DNA of 64,000 nucleotides from an uncultured Bacteroidota bacterium (lineage in GTDB: Bacteria > Bacteroidota > Ignavibacteria > UBA10030 > UBA6906). The DNA lies in the NCBI GenBank assembly GCA_963700635.1, contig CAVOYH010000004.1:32001-96000 (forward strand), read 5' to 3'. The translations under genes were made by a program, and so were the position numbers. The notes under the pieces are model-generated. The model saw nothing but the letters and a program-made list of their open reading frames with translations. It made no database searches and was not told where the DNA came from. Of this stretch, positions 18,989 through 28,511 are shown piece by piece (positions within the stretch are counted from its first letter, which is position 1; each line of letters opens with the position of its first letter).

Positions 18989-20038
18989 TTACAATTGTCC
19001 GTGCTCGTGCACAGTCTCGTACATGGTCAGAATATTGACAGTTGGCGTGACGGGTTGAAGGTTGTGACACGGAGCGCAGATCCAGCGCGCCCCCGAAAAG
19101 AGACGGATATTGTCCAGAACTTCCGAACGAACCTCCTCGACACTGCCAAAGGGAAGCGTGTGCTGGTTATCCACTGCACCATGAAATATCACACGCTTGC
19201 CGAAATCACGCACCAGTCCTTCTCTCTCCATACCCGGACACCGCCACTGGATCGGATTAAGGATTTCTATGCCGGTCACATCCAGCAGGTCCGGAATAAT
19301 ACTCCGTGCGGCGCCGTCGGTGTGATAGAATACATGGATGCCGAAGCTGCGCGCAAGATCGGCCATTTTCTTCTGACGCGGGAGAATGAACCGGCGGATT
19401 TCCGGGACTCCGAAGAGGAGCGCCGTCTGTCCGCCCAGGTCTTCTGCGACATACGTGATGTCGATCCGCCCCTTCCCCAGCTCGAAGGTGCGCTGATTCA
19501 CAGTGTAGTAGTATTGAAAGATATGTTCAAGGGCTGTGTCGACGAACTCCTGATCGACCAGCAGGTCCATCATGGCCAGTTCCATTCCGCGCAACGCGCA
19601 GTACAGCAGGAATGGTTCATATTCTCCGGACCGCACAATACGGTGAGAGGGCGCCGCAGAAATCTCTCTGTGATACCGTTCAAAATCGTGATCCGCAGGC
19701 CGGGGCCAGGGATACGCGTTCAGTTCGTCAACCGTGGTCAGGTCGGCCAGGGGGTGGTTGGCAAATTCGTCGTATGATCCGGTTCCATAATCGATCGCCG
19801 TGCGCCGCAAACCCCAGATATCTGCCTGCTCATCTCCCGGAGGATGCTTCAGGGTCCGTTCGGGGTTAATATGGACAACGCCGTCGATATGAAGACGTGT
19901 ATACAGTGCTTCTTTATCTGCACAGCCAAGCTCTTTGAGGAGTCGCGCCGTGACTTCGTCTGTCGCCCAGTAATCTGTGGGAATTCTGTCGGGCTTTTCA
20001 CCGGCAAAGAGGGCAAGCCACCGTTCTCGAGGTGTCAT
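18989..20038 (-). CDS. URO-D family methyltransferase (candidate substrate:corrinoid MT1)
   Basis: MTPRER...KPDRIP N-terminus, 'LRGME', 'EDLG', 'HTDG', 'LNPIQ', 'APCHNLQ'. Confidence 0.85.
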   Translation of the reverse strand: MTPRERWLALFAGEKPDRIPTDYWATDEVTARLLKELGCADKEALYTRLHIDGVVHINPERTLKHPPGDEQADIWGLRRTAIDYGTGSYDEFANHPLADLTTVDELNAYPWPRPADHDFERYHREISAAPSHRIVRSGEYEPFLLYCALRGMELAMMDLLVDQEFVDTALEHIFQYYYTVNQRTFELGKGRIDITYVAEDLGGQTALLFGVPEIRRFILPRQKKMADLARSFGIHVFYHTDGAARSIIPDLLDVTGIEILNPIQWRCPGMEREGLVRDFGKRVIFHGAVDNQHTLPFGSVEEVRSEVLDNIRLFSGARWICAPCHNLQPVTPTVNILTMYETVHEHGQL

Positions 20039-20216
20039 ATGACATAAGATGCCCCATAATTACGACAGAAGCAACCGTTTTCGGGGAATGTTTCATATGC
20101 AAACTGCTGTTTCATTAGCTGGGCCATGATGCACCTCCGCAAAGCTTCACGACCCACCCGATTGTCATTGGAGATGGATTCCCGTACTATAGAAGGAACT
20201 CATTTTTTGGAGGGAT

Positions 20217-22604
20217 ATGCGACTCGGAATCCTGCTGCTGCCGGTTACAATAATCCTGGTCCTGGGTACAGGATACGGGGGAGACGTGGAGGACCGCGGA
20301 TACCTGGCGAAACCCGCCCTTACCGCCGCCGGTGTGATGTGTACCAACAGCTTTGGCTCAGCGCTGTACGTCGTACGGAACGATACGCTTCACGAGCTCG
20401 CCGCGGGACCCGGGATTGGGCTGTACTATACCGTCTCCCCGGCAGGGGACCTTGTGGGATGCAAGGAAATAACCGAGTCCGGTCTGCAGTCTGCACTGCT
20501 CATCAATCTTCACAACGGACAACGACAACTGCTCACCGGACCGGAAGCACGCGTCGGACAGGTCAGCTTTGCCACCAACGGCAGGATAGCGTTTACCGTC
20601 GGTACGGACCTGATCGTTACGGACGGCGTAACGCAGGAACGGTACCCCCTCGGGACGTATGCCAATATCGCGCCGGTCTCGCCCGATGCACGATTCGCAG
20701 CGTTTAATGATCCGGACGACCAGCTCTGGCTCCTGGAACTGGCCACCCGGAATAAGCGCCGCATCACGGATGGAACCGTGGGATTTTTTTCACCGCTCTG
20801 GTCTCCGGACGGGAACCGTATCGTGTACTCTACGCTCCACGGTATGCTGTCCGTGTACGATCTTGGCACCGGACAAACGTATGAACTCGGTCGTGGTTCT
20901 CACCCGGCATGGACGCCGGACTCAAGGACAATTGTGTTTCACCGGACGAGCAGCGATCGGGACGAGGTTGTGGCATCGGACCTGTTCAGCATCGGATATG
21001 ATGGGTCAGGTGAGACACTTCTCACCGCGGGGATGGACGACTTTGCCATGGACCCCTCTGTTACACCGGATGGCAAGGCGGTGCTCTTCCACACGTTTAC
21101 TACGCGGGAGGTACGGTGGAAGGCCCTCGAGAATGATGCACCCGTTCAAAAATCTGCCGATGCCAGACGAATCTCCGGGACCGCGTTGACCATCCGGGCC
21201 AGAACGCCCTCCACGGTCCCGGAGTCCGTCTCCGGACTCGATATCCCGTATGTGCATCAGGTCTATGATACACCGGACTGGTTCAACGGACACTGGGCAT
21301 GCGCTCCCACGCAGGCCATGATGGTACTCGCGTATTATCATGTCCTTCCCCCCTGGAACATCACCTGTACCTGGCCGTCCCCTCACACGACGCCATGGGG
21401 GAACTATGTTGCTGAACAGTACCGGTTCCGGGGAACCGACTATGCCAGCGTCGCGCAAGATCCCAATGGAGTCAACGGCAGAGGGGGGTACGGCTTTATG
21501 TGGACCGGCTCATTCAGTCCGCGCAGTCGTATGGCTGACTACTACAGGAGTCATGGTCTTTCAGCGGTGCAGACGGAGGGCACGGCTTACAGTGCCGCGG
21601 CTGCGGACATCTCCGCAGGATTCCCCTTCAGTATGTGCGTGCTGCTGACGACCTCAGGCCATCTTGTGCTGGCACATGGTTTCGGAGCAGAACCCCACAC
21701 GCTGATGTTTCATGATCCGTACGGGAATAAGAATCAGGGATACATGAATGCCTCCGGGAAGAATGTATTGTATGACTGGCCGGGCTACAACAACGGTTAT
21801 CAAAATCTGAACGAGGTGGCGTGGTGCATCTCCACGCGATTCTCTCCGCCGCCAGTGGAAAACACGGTCGTGGATGATCTGCAATTCAGCAACGGTTTTT
21901 CTATGCAGACAGCCCCGCCGGCCTCCATGAAAATCTGGCGAGACCTGAACCGGGGCTATCAGGGGCATCTCTGGTATGCATACACTTCACTGGGACCTGT
22001 TGACACGTTTTTTGCGGAGTGGAGACCGGTACTCTCCGATGCCGGTGATTACGATGTACAGGCATTCATCGAACTCAGCAACGCGACCGATGCACGGTAC
22101 GAGGTCACCCATGCTGCCGGGAGAGATACGGTGTTCTTGAACCAGAAACTTTTTAGTGCGGAGTGGGTATCCCTCGGGGTGTTTCCGTTCACCATCGGAA
22201 ACAGCGGAGCTGTGCGGTTGAGTCATCTCTCGAGCATCGCGGGGCAGGAAATCGTCTTTGACGCGGTTCGATGGATCAAGGCGGCTTCCACATCCACTGT
22301 GTCAGAGAAAGCGGGAGCAGGGGAACCGGCATTCCGTCTGGAGCAGAACTACCCCAACCCCTTTAACCCATCCACCCGGCTCCACTTTTTTGTCCCCCGT
22401 GAAGCCCTGGTGCGGCTTGAGATTGTAAATGCGCTCGGGCAGAGTGTGGCGGTCTTACGGGATGGGATCATCGGACCCGGAGCGCATGTGCACGAGTGGT
22501 CCCCCGGCCGACTCTCCTCGGGAATCTACATCGCGCGACTCCGGCTAACGACCAGTGACGGGACCAGTCATCAGTCCGTCGTTAAAATGCTTCTGACGCG
22601 TTGA
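20217..22604 (+). CDS. Secreted multidomain protein: TolB-like propeller + C39-like cysteine peptidase + golvesin-like domain + T9SS CTD
   Basis: Signal peptide and WSPDG/WTPDS repeats. Cys-His-Asp in WACAPT, SGHLVL, HDPYG. Also 'FDAVRW' and 'LEQNYPNPFNP'. Confidence 0.72.
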   Translation: MRLGILLLPVTIILVLGTGYGGDVEDRGYLAKPALTAAGVMCTNSFGSALYVVRNDTLHELAAGPGIGLYYTVSPAGDLVGCKEITESGLQSALLINLHNGQRQLLTGPEARVGQVSFATNGRIAFTVGTDLIVTDGVTQERYPLGTYANIAPVSPDARFAAFNDPDDQLWLLELATRNKRRITDGTVGFFSPLWSPDGNRIVYSTLHGMLSVYDLGTGQTYELGRGSHPAWTPDSRTIVFHRTSSDRDEVVASDLFSIGYDGSGETLLTAGMDDFAMDPSVTPDGKAVLFHTFTTREVRWKALENDAPVQKSADARRISGTALTIRARTPSTVPESVSGLDIPYVHQVYDTPDWFNGHWACAPTQAMMVLAYYHVLPPWNITCTWPSPHTTPWGNYVAEQYRFRGTDYASVAQDPNGVNGRGGYGFMWTGSFSPRSRMADYYRSHGLSAVQTEGTAYSAAAADISAGFPFSMCVLLTTSGHLVLAHGFGAEPHTLMFHDPYGNKNQGYMNASGKNVLYDWPGYNNGYQNLNEVAWCISTRFSPPPVENTVVDDLQFSNGFSMQTAPPASMKIWRDLNRGYQGHLWYAYTSLGPVDTFFAEWRPVLSDAGDYDVQAFIELSNATDARYEVTHAAGRDTVFLNQKLFSAEWVSLGVFPFTIGNSGAVRLSHLSSIAGQEIVFDAVRWIKAASTSTVSEKAGAGEPAFRLEQNYPNPFNPSTRLHFFVPREALVRLEIVNALGQSVAVLRDGIIGPGAHVHEWSPGRLSSGIYIARLRLTTSDGTSHQSVVKMLLTR

Positions 22605-22729
22605 CCGCCGGGTATGTTCCGTCAGGCCTCCCGCCGCGCAACATTCTCTGTGTGCCATCGTATCCAGACAGAGGAGCACTTTGAGTCTGGAAATGTTTGA
22701 GTGGATTCTAGCCTGTCCGGAGCGGAGAA

Positions 22730-23500
22730 ATGAAAGAGGGCCGGAGTATTGACGTGGTCATTGCGGCGGGGGATCAGTCCGTGACGGAACATATCCGGCA
22801 CTGTGCTCAGGGGCATCAGGGTGTGCGCATTGCGGCTGTGTGCAGGTCGTCAGCGGAGGTTCAGTCCTACATGCATGCCCGTCGTGCTGATGTATTGATC
22901 CTCGACACGGTATTGCCCGAAACCGGATGTTTTTCACTCCTTCACGCGCTGGGTAGTAAAGATCGTCCGATGGTCATTTTTACTGCCGCGTCGGAAGAAC
23001 ATGCCCTGATTGCATTCCAGTTCCACCCTTTGGACTATCTTCTGTATCCTCTTGATGCTGCTCTCCTGGCGAGAGCGTTTGAACGGGCATTGGAGCAAAC
23101 ACGGAGTGCCTCAGCAAGAGGCCTCCCGGCGGGGCTTCCCGGTCAACCCGGGCTGCAGAAGTCCCCACGGAAACGCCTCATGGTAAAGACCGGGGGCAAG
23201 ATTGTTTTCCTGACTCCTGAAGAAATTGACTGGGTTGAAGCCGATCGGGACTATGTCCGCATTCACAATGGTGGCCGAAAGTATCATATGAGGGGAACCA
23301 TTACCGGGATGGAGCAGCAGCTCCCGGATGAACGATTTGTCAGGATCCATCGCTCCACGATAGTGAATGTTGACCGGATTCGGGAGATGCAGCCCTTGAG
23401 TTACGGAGAGTACGCGGTCATTCTGCTTGACGGGACACGATTGACGCTGAGCCGGTCATTTCGGGAAAGAGTATTCCGCCGTCTTGTGACCGCGGCATGA
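22730..23500 (+). CDS. LytTR family response regulator with degenerate receiver domain
   Basis: LytTR motifs 'IDWVEADRDYV', 'FVRIHRSTIVN', 'LSRS'. Receiver lacks the DD pair, the Thr and the Lys. Confidence 0.88.
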   Translation: MKEGRSIDVVIAAGDQSVTEHIRHCAQGHQGVRIAAVCRSSAEVQSYMHARRADVLILDTVLPETGCFSLLHALGSKDRPMVIFTAASEEHALIAFQFHPLDYLLYPLDAALLARAFERALEQTRSASARGLPAGLPGQPGLQKSPRKRLMVKTGGKIVFLTPEEIDWVEADRDYVRIHNGGRKYHMRGTITGMEQQLPDERFVRIHRSTIVNVDRIREMQPLSYGEYAVILLDGTRLTLSRSFRERVFRRLVTAA

Positions 23501-23515
23501 CCTCATTTTTCTGCA

Positions 23516-23580
23516 CCTCGTCGCGTCTTCACGCGGTTCGCCGCCCCCTCCGTTGTTTCCAGCCTGAAAAAGGGTACCAT
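23516..23580 (+). promoter_or_regulatory. Putative LytTR direct-repeat boxes plus -10 (TACCAT) upstream of sensor kinase
   Basis: TCGTCGC at 23518 and TCGCCGC at 23538 (20-nt period). TACCAT at 23575. Confidence 0.4.
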
Positions 23581-23631
23581 GCACCCAGAATGTGGCAATG
23601 AGCCGCATCGTGTTCTCTCTGAAGGAGTGGC

Positions 23632-26600
23632 ATGCACCCATTCTCTACGCGGATAATACTCGCCGCTCTTGTGGCAACGGGGGGATCAGCCGTCACGTCT
23701 CCGGCTGAGGCTGATGGGCTGGATCCCGCTCGCGAAATCACACAGTACGCCCACCGAGCGTGGACGAAGCGGGATGGGCTTCCTCAGAACACCGTTGAGG
23801 CAATCGCGCAGACTCCTGATGGATACATGTGGTTTGGGACCGTCGAAGGCCTCGCGCGCTTCGATGGGACGAGATTCCGCACATACAATGTCCGAAACAC
23901 GCCGCATCTCGAACTCAACTATATTTCCGCCCTTCATGTCACGCGCGACAGCACTATGTTCATAGGGAACTATGGCGGAATGATTCTTCGCTGGCGCAAT
24001 GGAAAAGTCCGTCAGCTGCCAAATCCCGGCACCGTTGAACGCTATGCAATCCGCAGAATTGTTGAAGATCGGCATGGAGCTGTTTGGGTGGCGGCGGGGA
24101 GTAGTCTTATCGAGATCCGGGGAGATTCCATATTCAAAGTCCACGGTGTGTCCGATGGACTGCCTCACGTTATGATCAATTCTCTGTGCGCGAGCAATGA
24201 CGGGGGGATGTACGTCGCGACCCCGTTCGGCATCTGGATTCGCAATAATGCATGTTTTGAGCCTTGGATGAAAGGCCCCGAGATCAAAGGCGAAAACAGG
24301 GTACGAGTTCAACTTCGCTGCGCCCCAAGTACTACATGCCATGCCAACAGCACTCCTCTGTGACCGTGAGGGAGGTCTATGGATTGGGACACCGGGATCG
24401 TGGGCTGTTCCGGTATCACGACGGAGTGCTGACATCATATCGCGAGACTTCGATCATCAAAGACGCTCCGATTACGCAGTTGTACCAGGACCGACGAGGA
24501 ACGATCTGGATTGGGTCAGGAGCGCATGGATTGTTCCGCTTTGTGGATGGCCGTTTTTCCTCCTTTTCGTCTGGTGACGGACTCTCGGGGGATGATGTCG
24601 TGAGTCTCTTCGAAGATCGGGAAGGCAACCTCTGGGCCGGCGTTTCGACGGCGGGTGTTAACCGTTTTACGAACAGCAGATTTACTACCTACCGTGTCGG
24701 CTCAACAGTTGCTGAGAACATGATTTGGTCAGTGGCGCAAGGTCCTCGCGGCGAGATTCTGGCGAGTACGGCCGCCGGCAAGCTTTTTACATCTTCGGGA
24801 AAGAAATTTGAACCATCAACACGGTACGATGTGTTCAAGGGAGGGATTGCGGCAGCGTATCTGAAAGACAATTCCGGCGCATTCTGGGTAGGCGGTACCA
24901 GAGGGGTAGTGCGATTTGAAGGAGGGTCTTCCAAGCACTTTCCCCTGGGGATGATCCACGCCGCTGCGGAAGACCCTTACGGGCGTATCTGGTTCACAGG
25001 ATCATCGGGGATCTTCGTGTTCGGACATGGCCAGATGACGAAATTGGATATGGGTAACTCCGCCGCCCAGTATACCGGGCGTAACATCCTCTTCGACAAG
25101 CGCGGCAATGTATGGCTGGCATCCCGGAACCTCGGGGTCGGTCGTATTCCATTGCCGCCCATCACATCGCAGGCCCTCACGATCGATTCCTCGGACTTTC
25201 ATTGGTATCCTCTCCTTGAAGGACACCCCTCAGCGTGGGTAATGACGATGTCGATGGATTCTCTCGAAGGACTCTGGGTTACGACCATGGGAGCCGGAGT
25301 AAAAGTGATTCGGGGGGATTCCGTCAGGACCATTACATCCTGTGAAGGATTGCCTGAAGAGGTCATGTACATCGCCGTGCCTGACAACAGAGGGTTTCTC
25401 TGGTTCTCATCGAACAACGGTGTGTACCGGGCACGAACCGAGGAATTGTACGAGCTTCTCGACAGGAGACGCGAAACGGTCCAGTTCGAACGGTTCGGCG
25501 TCAGCGACGGCATGTATAGCGATGAGTGTAATGGCGGCTACGAGGCGAGCGCAGTAAAAGGAAAAGACGGGCGGTTGTGGTTCCCTACAACCGCAGGGGT
25601 TGTTATGGTTGATCCGGAACGGATGCCTTTGAACAGCGTGCCACCGGCTGTTGTTATTGAGCGGGTCAACGTCGACAACGTCGAGGGTATCGTTTCCTCG
25701 GACATCGTGTACCCGCCCGGGAATGGTGACCTGGAGTTTCACTTCATCGGTCTGAGCTTCGCTTCCCCGGAGCGCGTGCAGTATCGATACATTCTCGAAG
25801 GGTTCAACAAACAATGGATTGATGCCGGCGATCGAAGTGAGGCGTTCTATACGAACGTACCCCCCGGATCTTATCGATTCCGTGTCCAGGCCGCAAATGT
25901 TAATGGTATCTGGAACGAGCGCGGCTCTTCGGTGGCGTTTACGCTCCTCCCCCATTTCCATCAGACCGTGTGGTTTCCCGTGTTGATTGTTCTAGGTCTT
26001 GCCGGAACAATTGTGTTTGGACTGTTCATGTATAAGCGGGACCGGGATAGGGAGGTTCAGGCTTCTCAACTCGAATCGGAACTCGCGCTTGCCCAGGTGC
26101 AAATCCTGGAAATGCAACTCCAGCCTCATTTCCTCTTCAATACGCTCAACAGCATTATGGTGCTTATACGCGGGGAACCGGATTTGGCGAGTCGCATGGT
26201 GGCCCGACTCAGTGAATTTCTCCGGCTGACACTCGACAGTGCGGGCATGCAGGAGGTACCGTTGCGCAGGGAATTGGAATTCCTGGACAGGTACGTGCAG
26301 ATTGAGCGTATCCGTTTCGGCGAACGTCTTCACGTTGAGCAGCACATTGATCCCTTGCTGTTTGATGCACTGGTCCCCAATCTGATTCTTCAGCCGTTGG
26401 TGGAAAATGCAATCCGCCATGGAGTCGCGAAACGCCGCGGTACGGCGGTGATTGTTGTGTCGGTCGGGCGGCTTGACGGGCTCCTGACGATCCATGTGCG
26501 TGATAATGGGGCAGGACTGTGTTTGCGGGAGGGTGTGCACGTGAGAGAGGGAATCGGTCTCAGGACTACCCGACAACGACTGCACCATCTGTACGGGAAC

Positions 26601-26684
26601 GCCGCTGCCTTTGCACTCGAGAGTCCTCCGGATGGTGGCGTTAATGCCGTGATAACATTACCCCTTCACAGCAAGGTCGGCTGA
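23632..26684 (+). CDS. LytS-like sensor histidine kinase with periplasmic beta-propellers and Y_Y_Y domain (two frameshifts near 24300-24395)
   Basis: Reg_prop repeats (DGLP, QTPDGYMWFGT), 'YTNVPPGSYRF', a TM helix, 'QLQPHFLFNTLN', 'LQPLVENAIRHG', 'DNGAG', 'GIGL'. Pieces lie in three ORFs: 23632, 24341 and 24264. Confidence 0.88.
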
Positions 26685-26686
26685 TT

Positions 26687-27460
26687 ATGGACAGAATTCG
26701 CATTCTCATCGTGGACGATGAACCCCTTGCGCGGCAGGGTATCCGGTCGCATCTGGAGAATGACCCCGACGTGGAGATCCTCGGAGAAGCCGGCGACGGT
26801 GTCGAGGCCCTCGAACGAATCAGAACCGACCGGCCGGAGCTCGTCCTTCTGGATGTGCAGATGCCGGAGATGAACGGGTTCGAGGTGTTGGACGCGCTCA
26901 CCCCTGAGGAGATGCCTTTTGTGGTATTTGTGACGGCCTATGATCAGTACGCGTTGAATGCTTTCCAGGTGCATGCACTCGACTACCTGCTCAAACCATA
27001 CGAGGATGAACGGTTACAGGAAGCCCTGGATCGAGCAAAATCGCAGCTGCGGCAAAAAAACGGATCACGTGCAAGCACAAAGCGTCTTGTGGAAATGCTG
27101 GACAGCACGAAGAGCGACAGGGGGTGTGTGGGACGAATAATGGTGCGGAGTGGTGGCCGGATTACGTTCGTGCGTGTGGATGATGTTGATTGGATCGAGG
27201 CCCAGGGCGACTATATCTGTCTCCATACCCAGGGAAAGAGACACCTTGTGCGCGAAAAGATCAGCGAAATGGAAACACAACTCTCTCCCGATCACTTCCT
27301 GCGGATTCACCGTTCGACCATGATCAATGTCGCCCGGATAAAGGAGATGCAGCCTCTGTTCCACGGAGAATATGCCGTGGTCCTGCAGGATGGCACCCGG
27401 CTGACGATGAGCCGCTCGTTCCGTGACAGAGTGTTTGATCGCCTGACCGGAACCCTCTGA
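26687..27460 (+). CDS. LytTR family response regulator (AlgR/LytT-like), canonical receiver
   Basis: IVDDE, LLDVQMP, FVTAY, LLKP. LytTR motif 'FLRIHRS'. Confidence 0.95.
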   Translation: MDRIRILIVDDEPLARQGIRSHLENDPDVEILGEAGDGVEALERIRTDRPELVLLDVQMPEMNGFEVLDALTPEEMPFVVFVTAYDQYALNAFQVHALDYLLKPYEDERLQEALDRAKSQLRQKNGSRASTKRLVEMLDSTKSDRGCVGRIMVRSGGRITFVRVDDVDWIEAQGDYICLHTQGKRHLVREKISEMETQLSPDHFLRIHRSTMINVARIKEMQPLFHGEYAVVLQDGTRLTMSRSFRDRVFDRLTGTL

Positions 27461-27523
27461 TCCGGGCGGACGCGGATGGCGCCAGGGAGGAGGAACCATC
27501 CGCGCTGAGGATCCGACCCGGAT

Positions 27524-27977
27524 TCACCTGCGGCCGTATTCAACGGGCGCCGCAGGTTGTACCGCGACAAATTCAAAGGAGCCGGGCTTGACGTACTGAT
27601 TGTAGAACCAGGCACAAAGGGTTCTGACTTTTTCGCTGTCGTCAAACTTCGCAGCGCCCTTCACCGCATACACCCCCCTCGGGTCGCCGATCCGGCAGAG
27701 CGAAAGAGCGGCAATAATTCTTGACGATTCATCTTCTTCGTTTCGCAACATCTGCATGAGCGGCACCACTCCCCGGGATACCCTTTCCTCTCCCAGCAAG
27801 AATGCGGCACTCTCCTTGAGTCCTTTGTTCTTCGATTGTAGTCCGCGCAACAGGTTCGTAGCGACCAGTTCTTTCGCGATTGCTGGCGCCACCTGGACCT
27901 TGCCGGTTGCCCAGGCATGTCGCAGCGACAATCACGACGACTCCAACACATAAGCTCTTCTTCAATAACGTAAGCAT
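27524..27977 (-). CDS. Small exported HEAT-repeat protein (frameshift near 27920)
   Basis: GGAGG RBS with ATG 27977 gives signal peptide MLTLLKKSLCVGVVVIVAAT. It continues in another frame as AWATGK... with HEAT repeats 'SAAFLLGE' and 'RIIAALSLCRIGD'. Confidence 0.7.
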
Positions 27978-28025
27978 AGGAACCTCCGCGGTGATAGTTG
28001 TGTGAGAGCTGATTGGCCTACACTG

Positions 28026-28112
28026 AATATACCGTGCGATCGGCGCGTGGGATGCGTTTATGGGACAAACGCGATGCAGTGTAAGACGAATGTGTTGGAA
28101 TGACGGATGAAC
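28026..28112 (-). promoter_or_regulatory. Triple LytTR-type direct repeat (21-nt period) plus -10 TATATT for the HEAT gene
   Basis: Minus-strand GTTCATCCG (28112-28104), ATTCGTCTT (28091-28083), GTTTGTCCC (28070-28062). TATATT at 28031-28026. Confidence 0.55.
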
Positions 28113-28511
28113 TCGCAGCAGTGTTCGGAGTGACCGGAAATATTCCGCGGGTCGCTTGGACCTCGAAAACCAGCAACTCGTCGCAAACGGTTTGTCCGCA
28201 CGGCGAATCCACTGTACCATGGTGTACCGTGTTAGCCTGAAGATCACGATCCCGATGAACGGCCTCCGTAGGATCACAACATCCTGGTGAGTGGAAACGG
28301 AGTGTCGTTCATGCGGGTCGTGCCAGGTACACGACAAAGGGAGGTGATGAGATTCGAAGGTTGATACTCCTTTCATTGCAGTAAAAATCCCCATATCACC
28401 CATCTTCTTCCCGGTCGAGTGAGGGTGCGACCTCCTGTGGCAGGCGTGGATACGTACGCCCGCAGGGAGGGAAGGGATACGTCTGTTCACTAATTCCCAG
28501 GGAGACTCCCT

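Noticed and set aside
14558-19777. Long + strand ORFs (14558-15325, 16474-17280, 18995-19777) and similar antisense ORFs elsewhere
   Set aside because: They are shadows of well-supported opposite-strand genes in GC-rich DNA and have no recognisable motifs.
14110-20038. URO-D genes as heme-biosynthesis hemE, or evidence of methanogenesis or Wood-Ljungdahl
   Set aside because: The context is corrinoid methyl transfer. There are no hem, mcr, acs or folate genes in the window.
20039-20216. Cobalamin or SAM riboswitch upstream of the corrinoid cassette
   Set aside because: No B12-box or SAM-I core sequences were recognisable by eye on either strand.
27729-28490. 253-aa minus-strand ORF spanning the intergenic region
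   Set aside because: Only the segment from 27977 (signal peptide of the HEAT gene) looks coding. The rest covers promoter and leader sequence.
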